From the human T2T-CHM13v2.0 reference genome, Homo sapiens: a stretch of DNA of 64,000 bases. The position numbers and the translations under genes were made by a program. Shown in pieces: positions 14,286-28,359 of this stretch (positions are counted from its first letter, which is position 1; every line of letters starts with the position of its first letter). The stretch is from NCBI RefSeq assembly GCF_009914755.1, contig NC_060929.1; one strand, given 5' to 3'. The notes under the pieces are model-generated. The model had not been told where the DNA came from, searched no databases, and saw only the letters and a list, made by a program, of their open reading frames with translations.

Positions 14286-17200
14286 TTATTGTAACCAAAA
14301 CAACTTGCTACTTCTACAAAAATAGATACATAGACTAGTGGAACTGGTTAGAGAATCCAGAGATAAAGTGACACATTTACAACCATTTGATCTTCAACAA
14401 AGTCAACAAAAATAAGTAGTGGGGAAAGGACTCTGCCACTTTCCTGTGGGGAAAGAACTCTCCAGCAATAATTGGTTCTGGGAAACTGACTAGCCATATG
14501 CAGAAGAATGAAAGTGGACTCTATACAATAATTAACTCATGGTAGATTAAAGATGTAAATGCAACACCTCCATCTACAAAAGTCTAGAAGAAAACCTAGG
14601 AAATACGCTTCTTGATGTTGGCCTTGGCAAAGAATTTTTAATTAAGTCCAGAAGAACAACTGTAACAAAAACAAAATTAATAAGTGGGACCTAATTAAAC
14701 TAAAGAGCTTTTGCACTGCAAAAGAAACTACCAACAGAGTAAACAGAGAATGTAGAGAATGGGAGAAAATATTTGGAAACTATGCATCTGTTAATGGTCT
14801 AATATCCAAAAACCTATGAGGAACTTAAATAAATAAGCAAAAAACACACCCTTAAAAAATGGGCAAAGGACATTAACAGTCGCTTCTTAAAATAAGAAAT
14901 ACACAGAGCCAACGAGCATTTGAAAAAATGCTCATTATCACTAATCATCAAAGAAATGCAAACCAAAACTATAGTGAGATACCCTCTCACACAAGTCAAA
15001 TTGGCTGTTATTAAAAAGTCAAAATACAATAGATGCTGTTGAGGCTGCAGGGAAAAGGGAAAGCTTATACACTCTTGGTGGGAACGTAAACTAGTTCAGC
15101 CATTGTGAAAAGCGGTTTGGAAATTTCTCAAAGACCTTAAAACTGAGCTACCGTTCAACCCAGCAATCCCATTACTGGGTATATACCCAAAGGAAAAAAT
15201 ATAATTATAAGGAAAAGACACACGCACTCATGTATTCATGTCATGCCATTCACAATAGCAGAGACACAGAATCATCCTTGATGCCTATCAATGGTGGATT
15301 GGACAAAGAAAATTTATATATATATATATATATATATCTCACAGAATATTACACAGCCATAAAAAAATGAAATAATGTCCTTTGCAGCAATATGGAAGTA
15401 GCTTGAGACCATAACTCTAAGTGAATTAATGCAGAAACAGAAAAACCAATACCACATGTTCTTTCTTAAAATTGGATGCTAAACATCGATCACCCATGGA
15501 CATAAAAATGGAAATAATAGACACTGTGGACTGCTAGATGGTAGTGGGAGGGAAGAGTATTCCTTAAGTTAGATTTTATTCCATTAGATAGATGGAAGGA
15601 GCAGGGATGCATCAAAAAGCTACCTATTGGGTACTGTGCTCACCGCCTGAGTGTAATATATGCATGTAACAAACCTGCACATGTACCCTATGTATCTAAA
15701 ATAAAAGTTGAACAAATAGTGACTTGTGACTTTGTAGTGTGTTACAGATTTTTATGATAATAAGTGACTTTGCAGCTACACAATCAGTTCATGGTGCAAT
15801 ATAAATGGAAGCTGAGAGGTTTCTTGAGAAGGCTTCCTTGGTGAATATGTACAGTGTTTTAATTCAATGGAAGACAAGTGCATTTCTGTATTAGCAGAAT
15901 AAGCTCATATTCCTCAATAAGATTAGGATCACCCCAGTGGTAAATTACTGTGTAAAGAGTTACTTGAAATCAAGGGAAAACTTGGAATGGTTATAAGAGG
16001 AGGCAATATACAAGTTTGGCTTTGGATCCAATTGCTAACATAAAGAACATATCCTATACCCAGACTCCCTACCCTATCCATGTAATCATATGCATATGTA
16101 TTTAACTAATTTTTTATCTGTTATTTTCGTTCATTATTTATTGTACATTCTCAATATAGGAGCAAAATAAAACCAGAAGGAAATAATAATAGCTGAGAGA
16201 AGTGAGGCTTGGAATTGGATATAGTAACTGGAAGAGAGTTAACTGAAATCAGATTAACTGTATTCTAAGTAAATGTATAAATTTTGAAAATTTGGGAAAG
16301 TTGTGTATATTCTGGAGTTGGGCAACCACAGTGAGAGACTGTTAAAGATCCATTCCCTCACATTTTGGTAACTGACACTCAATTTGTACTTCACTGCTTT
16401 TCATAAAAGAAATTGTTTTCACTCCTAGCATCTGGAGGTGGTCTTTTGTTGGTTTTAAATGAATCAATACATGCTATAATATCGCTCATCAGTATTGGAT
16501 CAGGTATGAATAGGTGACGCTATTTGAGACAATCAGAAAAAATGGAGAGAGCTGACATGGTTCCCCAAACAGAAAATATCCAGAATATGTTCTCTATATT
16601 TCTGGATATGAATGGGGACACGTGTCCAGGACTTATTGAATACTTCACTTTGAAACCAGGAAAAGGGTCAGACTTTTTTGGAACTGATCTGGCAAAAGCA
16701 GAAGGAAATCTGGCCTTGGTGATAGTGCTAAAGTAGTGAAATATGGCTTGCTTGAAGCCTGCATTACCTCTGAGCTTTTCAGTTTTTAATTTGCATAAGC
16801 CAATTTGTTTCTGTCTTTTTAAGTCTATTTTAGGTAGGTTTTCATTTAGTTGCAGTATAAACAGTTCCACCTTTCCCAAGTATATATCAAGAAAAAGAAA
16901 AGAAAAAGTGAGAGAAGGTAAGGAAGGAAGGTTGCAATTTAGAGGAGAGCAGAGAAATTCTAGAGAGTCAAAACATATCCAGGGTTTACCAAACTCTCAT
17001 CCAAAGCCTTAATGTAGAAGAAACAGAGGGGAGCAGTGGTTTCCACAATTTTGTATCAACTTTCTGTTCTCTTTTTTCATATAATCTTCAGTACCAGGAA
17101 TTTTAATTTTCTACTTGTGGTGGTGGGGGTGGGGAGGAGTATTCCTCAAGTTAGATTTTTATATGTCTTATTCTTTCATTTCTTTAAAGATATATGTAAC

Positions 17201-17587
17201 ATATCACTGATCGAATTTTGTTAAAAAAGCCGTCTTTTCAATAGGTCATCAAATTTATTTAATAGAGAAAAACAGAATGCTTACACTGAGAGAAAACAAG
17301 AAGTAGAAATGGAAACCACATTAAAAATAAATGTAAAACTGAAACCATGTTTTCTGTTTCCAGTGTGAAATGGCAAAATGAGAGATTAAAATGCTGAAGA
17401 ACTCTATCCATAAGGATGTTACAGAACCAGTAGACTTTTGTTTTGTTTTGTTTCATTTTCTGCTTGATTTTTGTCAAGGATAAATAAATAGGTAAAAGTT
17501 AGGAAATTGATCCGTTTGCATCATACTATTTTTATATGTTCTTTATCAGATTAGAAACTGGGCCTCCCATAAAAATATTCTGTAAAC

Positions 17588-18040
17588 TGACAACGATTCT
17601 CTCCTTTATCAAATTTTAGTTAAGCTCCTCTGAAACCTCAGCTCACCTAGGCCTGAGCTTTGGTCTTCTTCATTCATCTCTGTATTATCCATTTTTATCA
17701 AGCATACCGTGAAGTCAGTATAGCCAGCCAGAATCTCCCACCCTTGGTATCTATCTGATCACCTTCAATATCTGAACAAATTTCTCATCCCTCACCAACC
17801 CCCAGTTGATATCTAATTGCCATGGCCAGCCTTCAGCAAGAATCCTGTCAAGTAGGTTTAGCCAGTACCCTCTCTTACTCCTGATTGTCCTCTTAGTATT
17901 TTTTCATCCACTGACCTCTACCCTATTCATTAGCTATAAATTCCGTACCTTATTGTATTCAGAGTTGACCACAATCACTCTCTCTTACTGCAAAATCCCA
18001 CTGCAGTAATTCCTATACCTATCAAAATAGTCCTAAGTAA
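17588..18040 (+). mobile_element. MER31 (A/B) LTR
   Basis: tgacaacgattctctcc...ttcagcaagaatcctgtca...catccactgacc...gctataaattcc...cctatacctatc follows the MER31 consensus. Confidence 0.8.
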
Positions 18041-19059
18041 TGAATGATAACGCAGGCATTTCCATGGGTCACAATAATTTTTTTACAATTACATAAACAA
18101 ACACTGAACTTGGAATTATGAATACTGAATACCATGCAAATCACCACGAAGTAAGAATGAAGCTTTTCCCCACACCTTTTAAAATACAAAGACTATATAC
18201 TTTCTTCTTATATGAGGTTTTTAAATTTTTTTTTCTAAGGCACTTGGGATATCTCTTGGAAATGCCAGTTAATTAATTGACTTAAAGAAAAACAAAACAA
18301 AACAAAAAGTGTATGCCTATACAATCACCATGCTCAATATTAGCTTTTTCAAACTTGCTTACTCCTACATTTAAATGTATACTTTATTCTTTAAAAAATG
18401 AGTCAAATTTTTTAAAAGACCAAGTAGTTACGCAATTCATATCTAATATTATTCTAACCCCTAATGTTAATTTTTCATCCCTGTAAAAAGCCACTTTTCA
18501 CAATTTCACTTTTTTCTTTTGATCGTTTATATGCATATGTGTAATAATATAAATGTATAAATATTATATAAGGACTCCTCAAACTTTTCAATTGGTGTAT
18601 GTCTTTGTTTTTGTTCTTGATTTTTTTCCACCCTTGAGTATTATTTCACACTAAATGATAATTAAATACGAACAAAAGTATAGACATAAATATTTGAATA
18701 ATTGAAATATATATTTAATATAGATGTTAAAATACTAAAATCTAGATAAATAACATATAGATATAAAATATAAATATGAAACATATTAAATTAAATATAG
18801 ATGTAAAAACTGTGCATATTTTATACAAACGAAAACTGGTGAACAGTATTTGTTGTGGTTTATTTTTAATTATCACTTCATATTAGACATTATTAGAACA
18901 TATTTAATTACATATTCAATACTGTTGACATTTGTACATTCATTTGCTATGTGAATTCAACTATCTATTGGTGAATATTTAAGTGATTTCTATTCCAGTT
19001 ATTGTCAAAAATGCAATGTCAATATTTTTTAATATCTTGTATATATTGGCACTTTTTCT

Positions 19060-19362
19060 TTGTTTTCCTTTTTTTTTTTTGAAACGGAGTCTCACTCACT
19101 GCGACACCCAGGCTGAAGTACAATGGCACGATCTTGGCTCACTGAATCCTCTGCCTCACGGGTTCAAGCGATTCTCCTGCCCCAGCCTCCTGAGTAGCTG
19201 GGATTACAGGTGCCTACCATCCCTGGCTAATTTTTGAAATTTTAGTAGAGACCAGGTTTCACCATATTGACCAGGCTGGTCTCAAACTCCTGACCTCAAG
19301 TGATCCACCCGCCCAGCCTCCCGTATTGCTGGGGTTACAGACGTGAGCCACCGGGCCCAGCC
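19060..19362 (-). mobile_element. AluSx/Sz
   Basis: Full dimer; TSD tattggcactttttct (19044-19059) / tatttgtactttttct (19363-19378). Confidence 0.96.
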
Positions 19363-19415
19363 TATTTGTACTTTTTCTAAAAGAGAAATTGCTAGTTTTA
19401 TTTTAACAGTATAAC

Positions 19416-19711
<296 letters not shown>

Positions 19712-20049
19712 TAACATTATAACTTTTAACACTGTAACATGTTATCTAATTTTCCTTTAAAGGACTTTTTCAAATTGCACCAATTTCTTAAATTCTTAGA
19801 AATACTATAAACTACTCTTGCTCTGAAGAATGAATAAATAAAATATATGAATTTTAGCTTACAATTTGTATTTTTTAATTATGAAAAATCTGATATTTTC
19901 ATAGACGTTAAATTCACACATACTATGATCACTGGTTTATTGTATTTATTCATTATTTTAAGTATTTATAACAATCATAATAATAAGGAACTTAGCCATT
20001 GCATATAACAAATTTCAAACTTGCTTTTTAAAATTATTTACTAGGCTTT

Positions 20050-20425
20050 CTTTCTGCTGGAAATGCTATTTATATAGCAATCTACCTGGCTTACTCTTGA
20101 ATTTTCTTCCAATTTTTTTTCTCAGATAATATTAAGGAAGTCATCACTGAACCTGCATTTAGAATTTTCATATGTAATCTTTTGTTGCCTCCCCTCTGGA
20201 TTCCCCCTACACTGCTGTGCATTTTCATTTTTTATACCACTTGTCACATTCTATCTTGTATACTTTTATGGGATATTTATTGCTTATCTTTTTTACTTCC
20301 TGCTGGAATTTAAACTCTAAGAGGTCAGGTGCCTTTATCTATTTTCGTTAAATCACATAACCCAAGTTCTGGAATAGTGCCTGGCACATAGAGGGCACAA
20401 ATAAAAATATTTGTTGAATAAATGT
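20050..20425 (+). mobile_element. L2 LINE 3' end
   Basis: Ends gaatagtgcctggcacatagagggcacaaataaaaatatttgttgaataaatg, a canonical L2 terminus. Confidence 0.8.
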
Positions 20426-22029
20426 GTCTTCTTTTACTTAAGGTAATAGTTGTCATTTCTAAAGAGCCAACCAAGACTTTAGGATGTATATTCCCTCAGT
20501 GTACTTATTGCCTGCTATATAGATAGTAATATGAACATTTAGGGGTACATTTAGGGAAACATTTGGGGTACACAAACCAAATTTGCATAAATAAGGCAAT
20601 AATTATAATACACATAAACATAATCTGCTGCAGCTTAAATTTTATTTGACCTTTTACCAATCTCTTAATTTGGATGACATGTGTGTTAGTCTTAATTATT
20701 CTCTATTTTGAATGACTCCTTCCACTTTATTAAGTAGCTCAGTTAAGGAAAACATTATTCATTCTTTAGAAAGGTTGTTTCTGTTTCACTTACATCTTTT
20801 ATTGAAGAAGTCATTCTAGTAGAAAATACAGTAAAGCAACTCTTGCTGGGACCTACTCAGAAATGTCTATTGAAATTAGAAGGAGAAGTTCCAGCAGAAT
20901 AGGCTGGTAATTTAGTGTCTATTTTTAATAACTCAGACTCACTTTTGTGTGTGTGTGTGTTTTGTTTTTTTTTTTTGAACGAATGTGATTTTACTTCCTT
21001 TTTCAGAGAAATATAGTAGTCTGTAATGGCTCTTTCATATTTTTCCCCATAAGCTACTAGACCTATTCTTGATATTGTCCCAAACTTGGCAACCACAAAT
21101 TATAAAAAGGGGTGATTGCTTAACACTGGGCAGGCTTTTCATTTTATTTTTAGCATGAATTTTAATCTTCTTTGGAGTTCATGGCACGATAACTTTTATG
21201 ACAACTGGTGGTAACTAAAGATAGTGAAAGTAGAAATCACTCACCAACAAGTTAGTGAAATAAACCACAAGACATTCAAACAGTGATATTTTCTCTATTC
21301 ATTGAACTTGTCATGATTCTGAATATGTCATTTTACGGACACAATATAGTAACCGAAAATTCTAGTTTTTAAAAATCCAGCATAAAGTAGCTTTTCTAAC
21401 AGCAAAATCTGTGTTCTTACCTATTCTGCTATACTGATTTTACCAACTGGCTCCAAAAATATTACACTTGCCAAATCAAATGAGAAAAATTGACACATGA
21501 CATATCTTAAATACAAAGCACTATAATTCAAAACAAAAAAAATACAGAAGTGTCATATTTTAGTAAATGTCATATCAACTGATTGAAAGTTATTCCTTTC
21601 AAGGATTAAAAAAAAAAAAAACTGGAAGCCTGAATATACTGTGTACAAAAATGTCACTGACAATGAATATCAACCACATTAGATCAATCAGTGTTTAGCC
21701 CTCTGTTGCCAGGAATCCTCTAATTGATTCTTAATGTTGCTTTGAGACTTACTGATTGGCAATGAGGTAGTCTGTTTTATACCTAAAATCTAAGTTAGGA
21801 GTGGTATAGAAGTATTATAGAAACAAAAGAAAGCGACTAAAGTAAATAAAGGTATGGTTGTGGATGAGATTGTTTCAGACAAAATTAAAAAACTTGTAAA
21901 ATAACTTGTGTTCTTGAGATAGGTACATATAATTTATGTGCAAAGGAATAAGAGAAAAATAATTGTGGACCATAACTTTGATGGTTTTGTAATTAGTTAA
22001 ACTATTTTTCACATTTCTATTTCATATAT

Positions 22030-22530
22030 GTTTCACACCATGGTAGGGGAAGTTTTGTGCTATTTGGAGAGTAAAAAGAAAACAGCAACTGTTTTACAGC
22101 TCACACATATAATTGCTGACCTGCTGACTTACTTCACTGGAATAAAGAAGTATCTGGGCTACCTTCTGCTGGATCCTCCATCTTTTGCAATTACTCTAAC
22201 TTCTGCTGGGATCTTCATCATCCTCTCTGACTTCTAGGCCAGTATGTGTGGCCAGTTTCCTAACAAATGCTTGGCTTTTGCAGGATACTCTCATCCTTCA
22301 GGTCAGAGGCAACATGGGCTGACTGTTTTCAGTTTATGCTTTTGAGTTACAACCTGCTCGTGATCTTTCCTGCTGCACTATCTGTCCTATGGACATTACT
22401 ATCCAGCATCAGATAAAAACAACTTTGGAGACATCTTAACCAGTCTCAGAACTGTATAAACCATTTCCTAATTACAAATTTCTTAAATGAATACTGATTC
22501 CCCTTTTCTGTTGAACCCTGAATGATAGAT
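22030..22530 (+). mobile_element. Old ERVL-type LTR (MLT2F/MER74-like), apparently inserted in an L2
   Basis: 3' end ttttctgttgaaccctgaatgataga resembles ERVL LTR ends; flanks at about 21700-21960 and 22540-23150 look like L2. Confidence 0.5.
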
Positions 22531-24154
22531 GCTTTTAGACAAGCTTTAAGACGCAGGATGCAGATAGAATGACGCATGTGACTCTTATTGGTCATGTGAA
22601 AGATCTTGGCCATTTAATTTTTTAAGCTTTGCGAAGCGATAAAGATCATCATCAGGTTTGCAGTTCGTAAAATTATTCTGCCTGAAACATATAAACTATT
22701 TAAAGAAAGACGACTGGGGAGAGATAATACAAAACTATTGCAGAAGTCAGGCAAGAGTTTATGGTAACTTTGTCTAGGTAGATGGTTGTGAAGAAAGACA
22801 CAGAGAAGATATGGGTAAAAGTGAAAGCAATTGGTGAGATATATTCTGGTATTAAAAAAGGAAATATTAAGAATGATTCTGACTTATTTGGAATGAGTAG
22901 ATTTAATTTATTTTATCACTGAGGATAATTTTTATGAAGGAGTACATGAGTTCTGCTTTGTCACAGTTTGTCTACTTTAAGGTAGTTTTGACTTATGCAA
23001 TTGAAAATACTAAGTTATTAAATGTATAAGGTGATTGCTTAGAGAAGTCAGAAAAAGTGTATACAATCTTGAGTCATCTATGATTATGGATGGTGTCTAC
23101 TAAGAAAGAATGCTGAAAGAGAATAGACATTGGCATTAATTGCCTAAGAAGTTTCAAGATGTATTAGCATTATAAATGCTGGAGTGTTTTCACTCTTGTT
23201 TCAACATTTTAAGGTATTTGGAATTTATTTATTAAATTGTAAATCACTCCCCTAATCATAAAATTTATGACATACTAATAATTATAAATTTAATTAAACA
23301 TTTTTTACTAAAAATGCATTCAGCTGAATATGATGAAGTACCAATTTTATTAAGACTACATTCATTAGAAGCTTGAATCTAGTCCCCAAGCATAGACTAT
23401 TTTTTCCAAAGTATTCACTGAAAACTATTTTACTATGAATAAGTCTCTTAAGTATTATATTCCTCATGCATTTTTAACTGAAAAATACATGATTAAAAAT
23501 TACTAATATTTCTGCATAGTAATTATTATAGGTAATATAATTTATAATTCTAAATAAAATATTGTGTTCAGAATCCTGTTAAAGACTCATGGTTCTTCTT
23601 ACTTACCAAGGAACTCAATAAAATATTTTATTGAAAAAGTATTTAAAAACATATTCAATATACACTTTTTTTTACTGGAAAAATTGCACATATATGTATT
23701 ACTACAGATGGGCGGGAAGACGGTGTATGAGATATAATTTTTTTATACGAAAGAGAGTCAAATAATGTTGACAGGTGAAATGCCAATCTAAGTCAGAATC
23801 ATCAAAATCAAATTATTTAAGAAACACATGGAAGATTGCATTGACATTGTTGTTACAAATTCTTTTCGAGAAAACCCACAAATACTTCTTGCAGGCATAC
23901 TGTATTCCAATACCTAGGCATCTACCAAACCACCTGAATTGCCGATAATCCTTGATCCCTCTCTTGACCTCTTCTCATGGCAATGTATGGCTGACTTTGT
24001 GAGGTGAGTATATCTAAAGACATTTTATTTCATATACATCACAGTCTAAATCTCTTTCTGTAGAGTGAAAGTCATTGAAGCATGGTTTTCTTATGTTGTA
24101 CTCTAGTGCACTTTGCTCTATGAAAGTCTGTAATAATTCATATTTTCTTGTTTC

Positions 24155-24448
24155 TTTTTTTTTTTTTTCAAGATGGAGTCTTGCTTTGTTGCCCAGGCTG
24201 AAGTGCAATGGCATGATCTCAGCTCACTGCAACCTTTGCCACCTGGGTTCAAGTGATTCTTCTGCCTCAGCCTCCTGAGTAGCTGGGGTTACAGGCACCT
24301 ACCACCACGCTCAGCTAATTTTTTGCATTTTTAGTAGAGACGAGTTTCACCATGTTGGCCAGGCTAGTCTCAAACTCCTGACCTCGTGATCCGTCTGCCA
24401 TGCCTCCCAAAGTGCTGGGATTACAGGAGTGAGCCACTACACCCGGCC
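24155..24448 (-). mobile_element. AluSg/Sc-like
   Basis: Full dimer with poly-T; TSD tcttgtttc at 24146-24154 and 24449-24457. Confidence 0.96.
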
Positions 24449-24974
24449 TCTTGTTTCATTTTTTTAAGCTACAAAGTGCTGGGTAGTGCTTTGTAATAGC
24501 CTCTACAGCTCTACTCTTGCAGTGAACATCAATCAAAGATTGAACTCATTCACTGCACTTTTTCCTTCGCATCTGGTCAAAATGTAGGCTGCAAATACAA
24601 ATCAAATTGCTAAGAAATAAAAGATGCTATTTAGCTTTGACAGATATTTCAGTAATTGATGAACCTTTAAGAGCAATTGATAAACCTTCGAATGCCATTT
24701 GATCCCCCTTCTCTCCATTTCTTCCTCCCTCTTCTTTGCCTTCATTTTCTTTTTTATATTGTATTCTATATTTTTGCACAGTAATTCACTTCATTTTGAA
24801 ATAAATTTTGTTTAAAATTTTATTTCTTAAATGATTCAAATAAAAAAGATTTATCGGGAAGCCAAAGTCAACTAATACATATTAATAATGGAATGATTTA
24901 GATCTAGCTGTAAGATCTAGATTTATAGATCTTATAAAAAGTTTAGTAAAAATAATCGGAAATAGTACATATAT

Positions 24975-25130
24975 CAGCGCTTCACAAACTTCAATCTGTA
25001 TAAGAATCACCTGACTTATTATCAATATTCAAATCCTGAAACAGTAAGTCTGGGGTTATACCCCAAATTCTGAATTTCTAACAAGCTTCTGATTGAAGCT
25101 AATGTTCATAGACCACTTTGTGAGTATTCA
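24975..25130. mobile_element. MER5A hAT-Charlie transposon
   Basis: cagcgcttcacaaactt...agaatcacctg...cagtaagtctgggg...tttctaacaagc...gaccactttg. Confidence 0.7.
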
Positions 25131-25254
25131 CTGTAGTGATGCAAGTCCATAACGCAATATAAAAGGAAAGCAAATACGAGTTATTGAAATGTAAAACCCA
25201 TGTACTCCATAAACTCATGGGACTCTACCGTGAGTTAAGCAGTAACTGATGAAA

Positions 25255-25380
25255 TTATACATATTAACTCATTCAACCCTCACAAGAACTCTCAGAGGTA
25301 GGTATTATAAATTCCATTTCCAGATGAGGACACTAACATTCAAAGGTAGTCTTATACTTCACTGAAGACATAGAGCTCTG
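25255..25380 (-). mobile_element. MIR SINE
   Basis: aaccctcacaagaactctcagaggtaggtattataaattccatttccagatgaggacact. Confidence 0.75.
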
Positions 25381-26540
25381 CTTTTAGAATGTATTCCAGT
25401 TTTACATAATTATGTTCTCTCCCTATTAGTAAGATATTATTATTACATTTTACTATAGTTCCTTACAAAATTAAAATAAACTCTTACTGAATAATGAATT
25501 TGATCTTGGTGAACATTTTGATTTGTTATACTAATACTGTAATTTGCATATTGTTTTTCATCATGTGAATCACAGTGGTTGTCTAAATGCATATTTAAAC
25601 CAAGCACCTACTGTGATATACATCAAAATTGATGTCACTTATAAAAGCCATAAATAATTTAGTATTCCATAGAGATAGTGCAATAGAGTTCTAAGTCACA
25701 GATACAAAATATTAATTATTTTCATGCCGCAGATAGTACTTTTAGGTGGAAATTTGGTCCTGACTTATTCCTGATTACTTGTGATTTTTGAAGAAACTAT
25801 GTGCCTATGGGCTGCCATGGGTAGCAGAACACCAAGGAGGCAGTGACCCCTCACCTAACCTACAAATGCTTGAGAGCCTCTTTCCACCTTACTGCAGATA
25901 TCATGTGAAAAGAACTACCTACTGATGTGGTAACTTTAGAATATCCTATATGATGACAGTCACAGTTGTGCAACTGGAAATAATTCACTTTAAAATTTGC
26001 ACTGCTGTAGTTATAGAAGTGTATGCAATAATTTGCTGTTTGACAGGAATCCTTATAATAAGAGGAAAAGCAATCACGTAGACAAAAGCTGTGGAAGAAT
26101 TGAAAGTAATATTGGACCTGCTCTTCTTTGATAAGGAGCAGGAGTTATAGAATATTTCCATTTCTGTGACTCTAACTTTATAATCAATAATATTTGTCAA
26201 ATAATAGCAAAAGGTTTTTGAAGCTACTGAAATTACACAACTGGGGACATTCAAATAAAAATATGAGAACATGTTCTTTTTGACAATTGGCTAGGGCATT
26301 CCTGCCAAATAAAAAATCATAATGAAAATAATTAAGGCATTGAGGGAACATCCAGTCTCTAAGTATAGCTAAAGGTTGTGGCCATTATATAAGGAATAAA
26401 TGTATGGAGGCTCTGAAAGCTTGAAAGAAAACTATGATTCCATGAGACTGCATGGTAATACGCAAATACGTTGCATACATTAACTATGTGAATGACAGAA
26501 GAAAGAATTTGCGTAAAAACAACAAAGCTATGTGATGTGA

Positions 26541-26845
26541 TTTTTTTTTTTTTTTTTTTTTTTCTGAGACGGAGTCTCCCTCTGTCGCCCAGGCTGGAGT
26601 GTGCAGCGGCGCGATCTCGGATCACTGCAAGCTCCGCCTCCCGGGTTCACGCCATTCTCCTGCCTCAGCCTCCTGAGGAGCTGGGACTACAGCTGCCATT
26701 ACTCCCGGCTAATTTTTTTGTATTTTTAGTAGAGACGGGGTTTCACCGTGTTAGCCAGGATGGTCTCGATCTCCTGACCTCGTGATCCGCCCGCCTCGGC
26801 CTCCCAAAGTGCTAGGATTATAGGCGTGAGCCACCGCGCCCGGCC
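26541..26845 (-). mobile_element. AluY
   Basis: AluY diagnostics gcaagctccgcc, ttcacgccattc, ccgtgttagccaggatggtctcgatctcc; many intact CpGs; TSD gctatgtgat. Confidence 0.96.
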
Positions 26846-27521
26846 GCTATGTGATTTTTTTTTTTTTAAAGAGTACTTCTATTAGAAAATCAATGATTGA
26901 TCAGTGTATATGAAACAAATGACAGAGAGAGAGAGAGGGAGAGAAATGATAAGTTGATATGTAATTAAATACTGAACAATCATGGACCAAATAAAAAAAG
27001 CCTGACATTGAGTAACAGTCATAGCTTTTACTTTAGTGACAAGATTACTGCATGCTAAATGTTCTAAGCGGTTGACGTGTCCCAACCTGTTTGCATATCT
27101 CATATCAGAAGCCAAGCTACTGCATGACTGACAACACTTAGGAAAGAAGACAAATATTTACCACCAGCCCAGCCAGTTTACACTGTTTTGAATTGCAGTT
27201 CTACCCAGGGGCTTTAACACAGGAAGAGAAGTGCAGGTCCGTGTGTCCTAAAGTGAACCATAACTGGGACTGTTTTTAAAATAACTTTTGTATCTGAATT
27301 CAGAATTGTTGTGAGTTAAGATGCGGTACTGTATACAATAATATGATCTGTTGATTTTCCAAACCTTGGAATATATTATTTATAAAATATTGTGAACATG
27401 TTTTTAAAACTTTCTGGTTTGCACTGTAACTCACAAACACATTCTGGTTGATCAACATTTAGATTTCAACAAGCTTTCATTTGTTTTTATTTATCTTATA
27501 AGGCATAGAATTACATAATAA

Positions 27522-27866
<345 letters not shown>

Positions 27867-28359
27867 TAATAACTTCTTAAAAATCCTTGTGACCCTGTAT
27901 ACCTCATATTTATAACTGAAAACCTGTATTTTAATCAAGCGTTAGTAATGATATGTAGCCTCATTGAGTATTAAGTTAAAAATATTTTCATAATGCAAAA
28001 TAACATAAGGCTCCTAAGCAAGTCATGGAAGTGTATTTACTGTCTCCTTATTTTCCTTTCGTCTCCCATCTTCTAATTCTTTTACACTTTCTGAAAGCAT
28101 GCATTGTTTTTATAAATTGTTGACTTTGCTCAGAAGGCTTCACTTTCCTTTTTACTAGTACCTGAAATAATTATAATATTTAAATTATCTAACTGTAAAA
28201 TTTTTCACTCTATCCTTTTTTTTCAACTTCGGGAGCTGCTTCTTATATAAGATCCTGGTATAAAGAGTAACAAGATAAATCATTTTTTAAAAAATATATC
28301 AGTGTTGGAAACTTTCTGTTTCTTGTCTGGAAATTAATCTTTAACTATAGTGAGAGCTT

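Larger units (their letters stand above)
9985..15716 (+). mobile_element. Old primate L1 (L1PA15-17-like) with both ends, MER50 insertion and large ORF2 deletion
   Basis: 5' end gggacagagccaagatggctgaata; ORF1 remnant about 12200-13190; ORF2 ATG at 13303; 3' end aacaaacctgcacatgtaccc...aataaaagttgaa; TSD core tgacttgtga at 9975-9984 and 15720-15729. Confidence 0.93.

Noticed and set aside
24896-24938. Repeated AGATCT with a 9-bp hairpin (taagatcta...tagatctta)
   Set aside because: Short, AT-rich and built on a palindromic hexamer; plausible by slippage or chance
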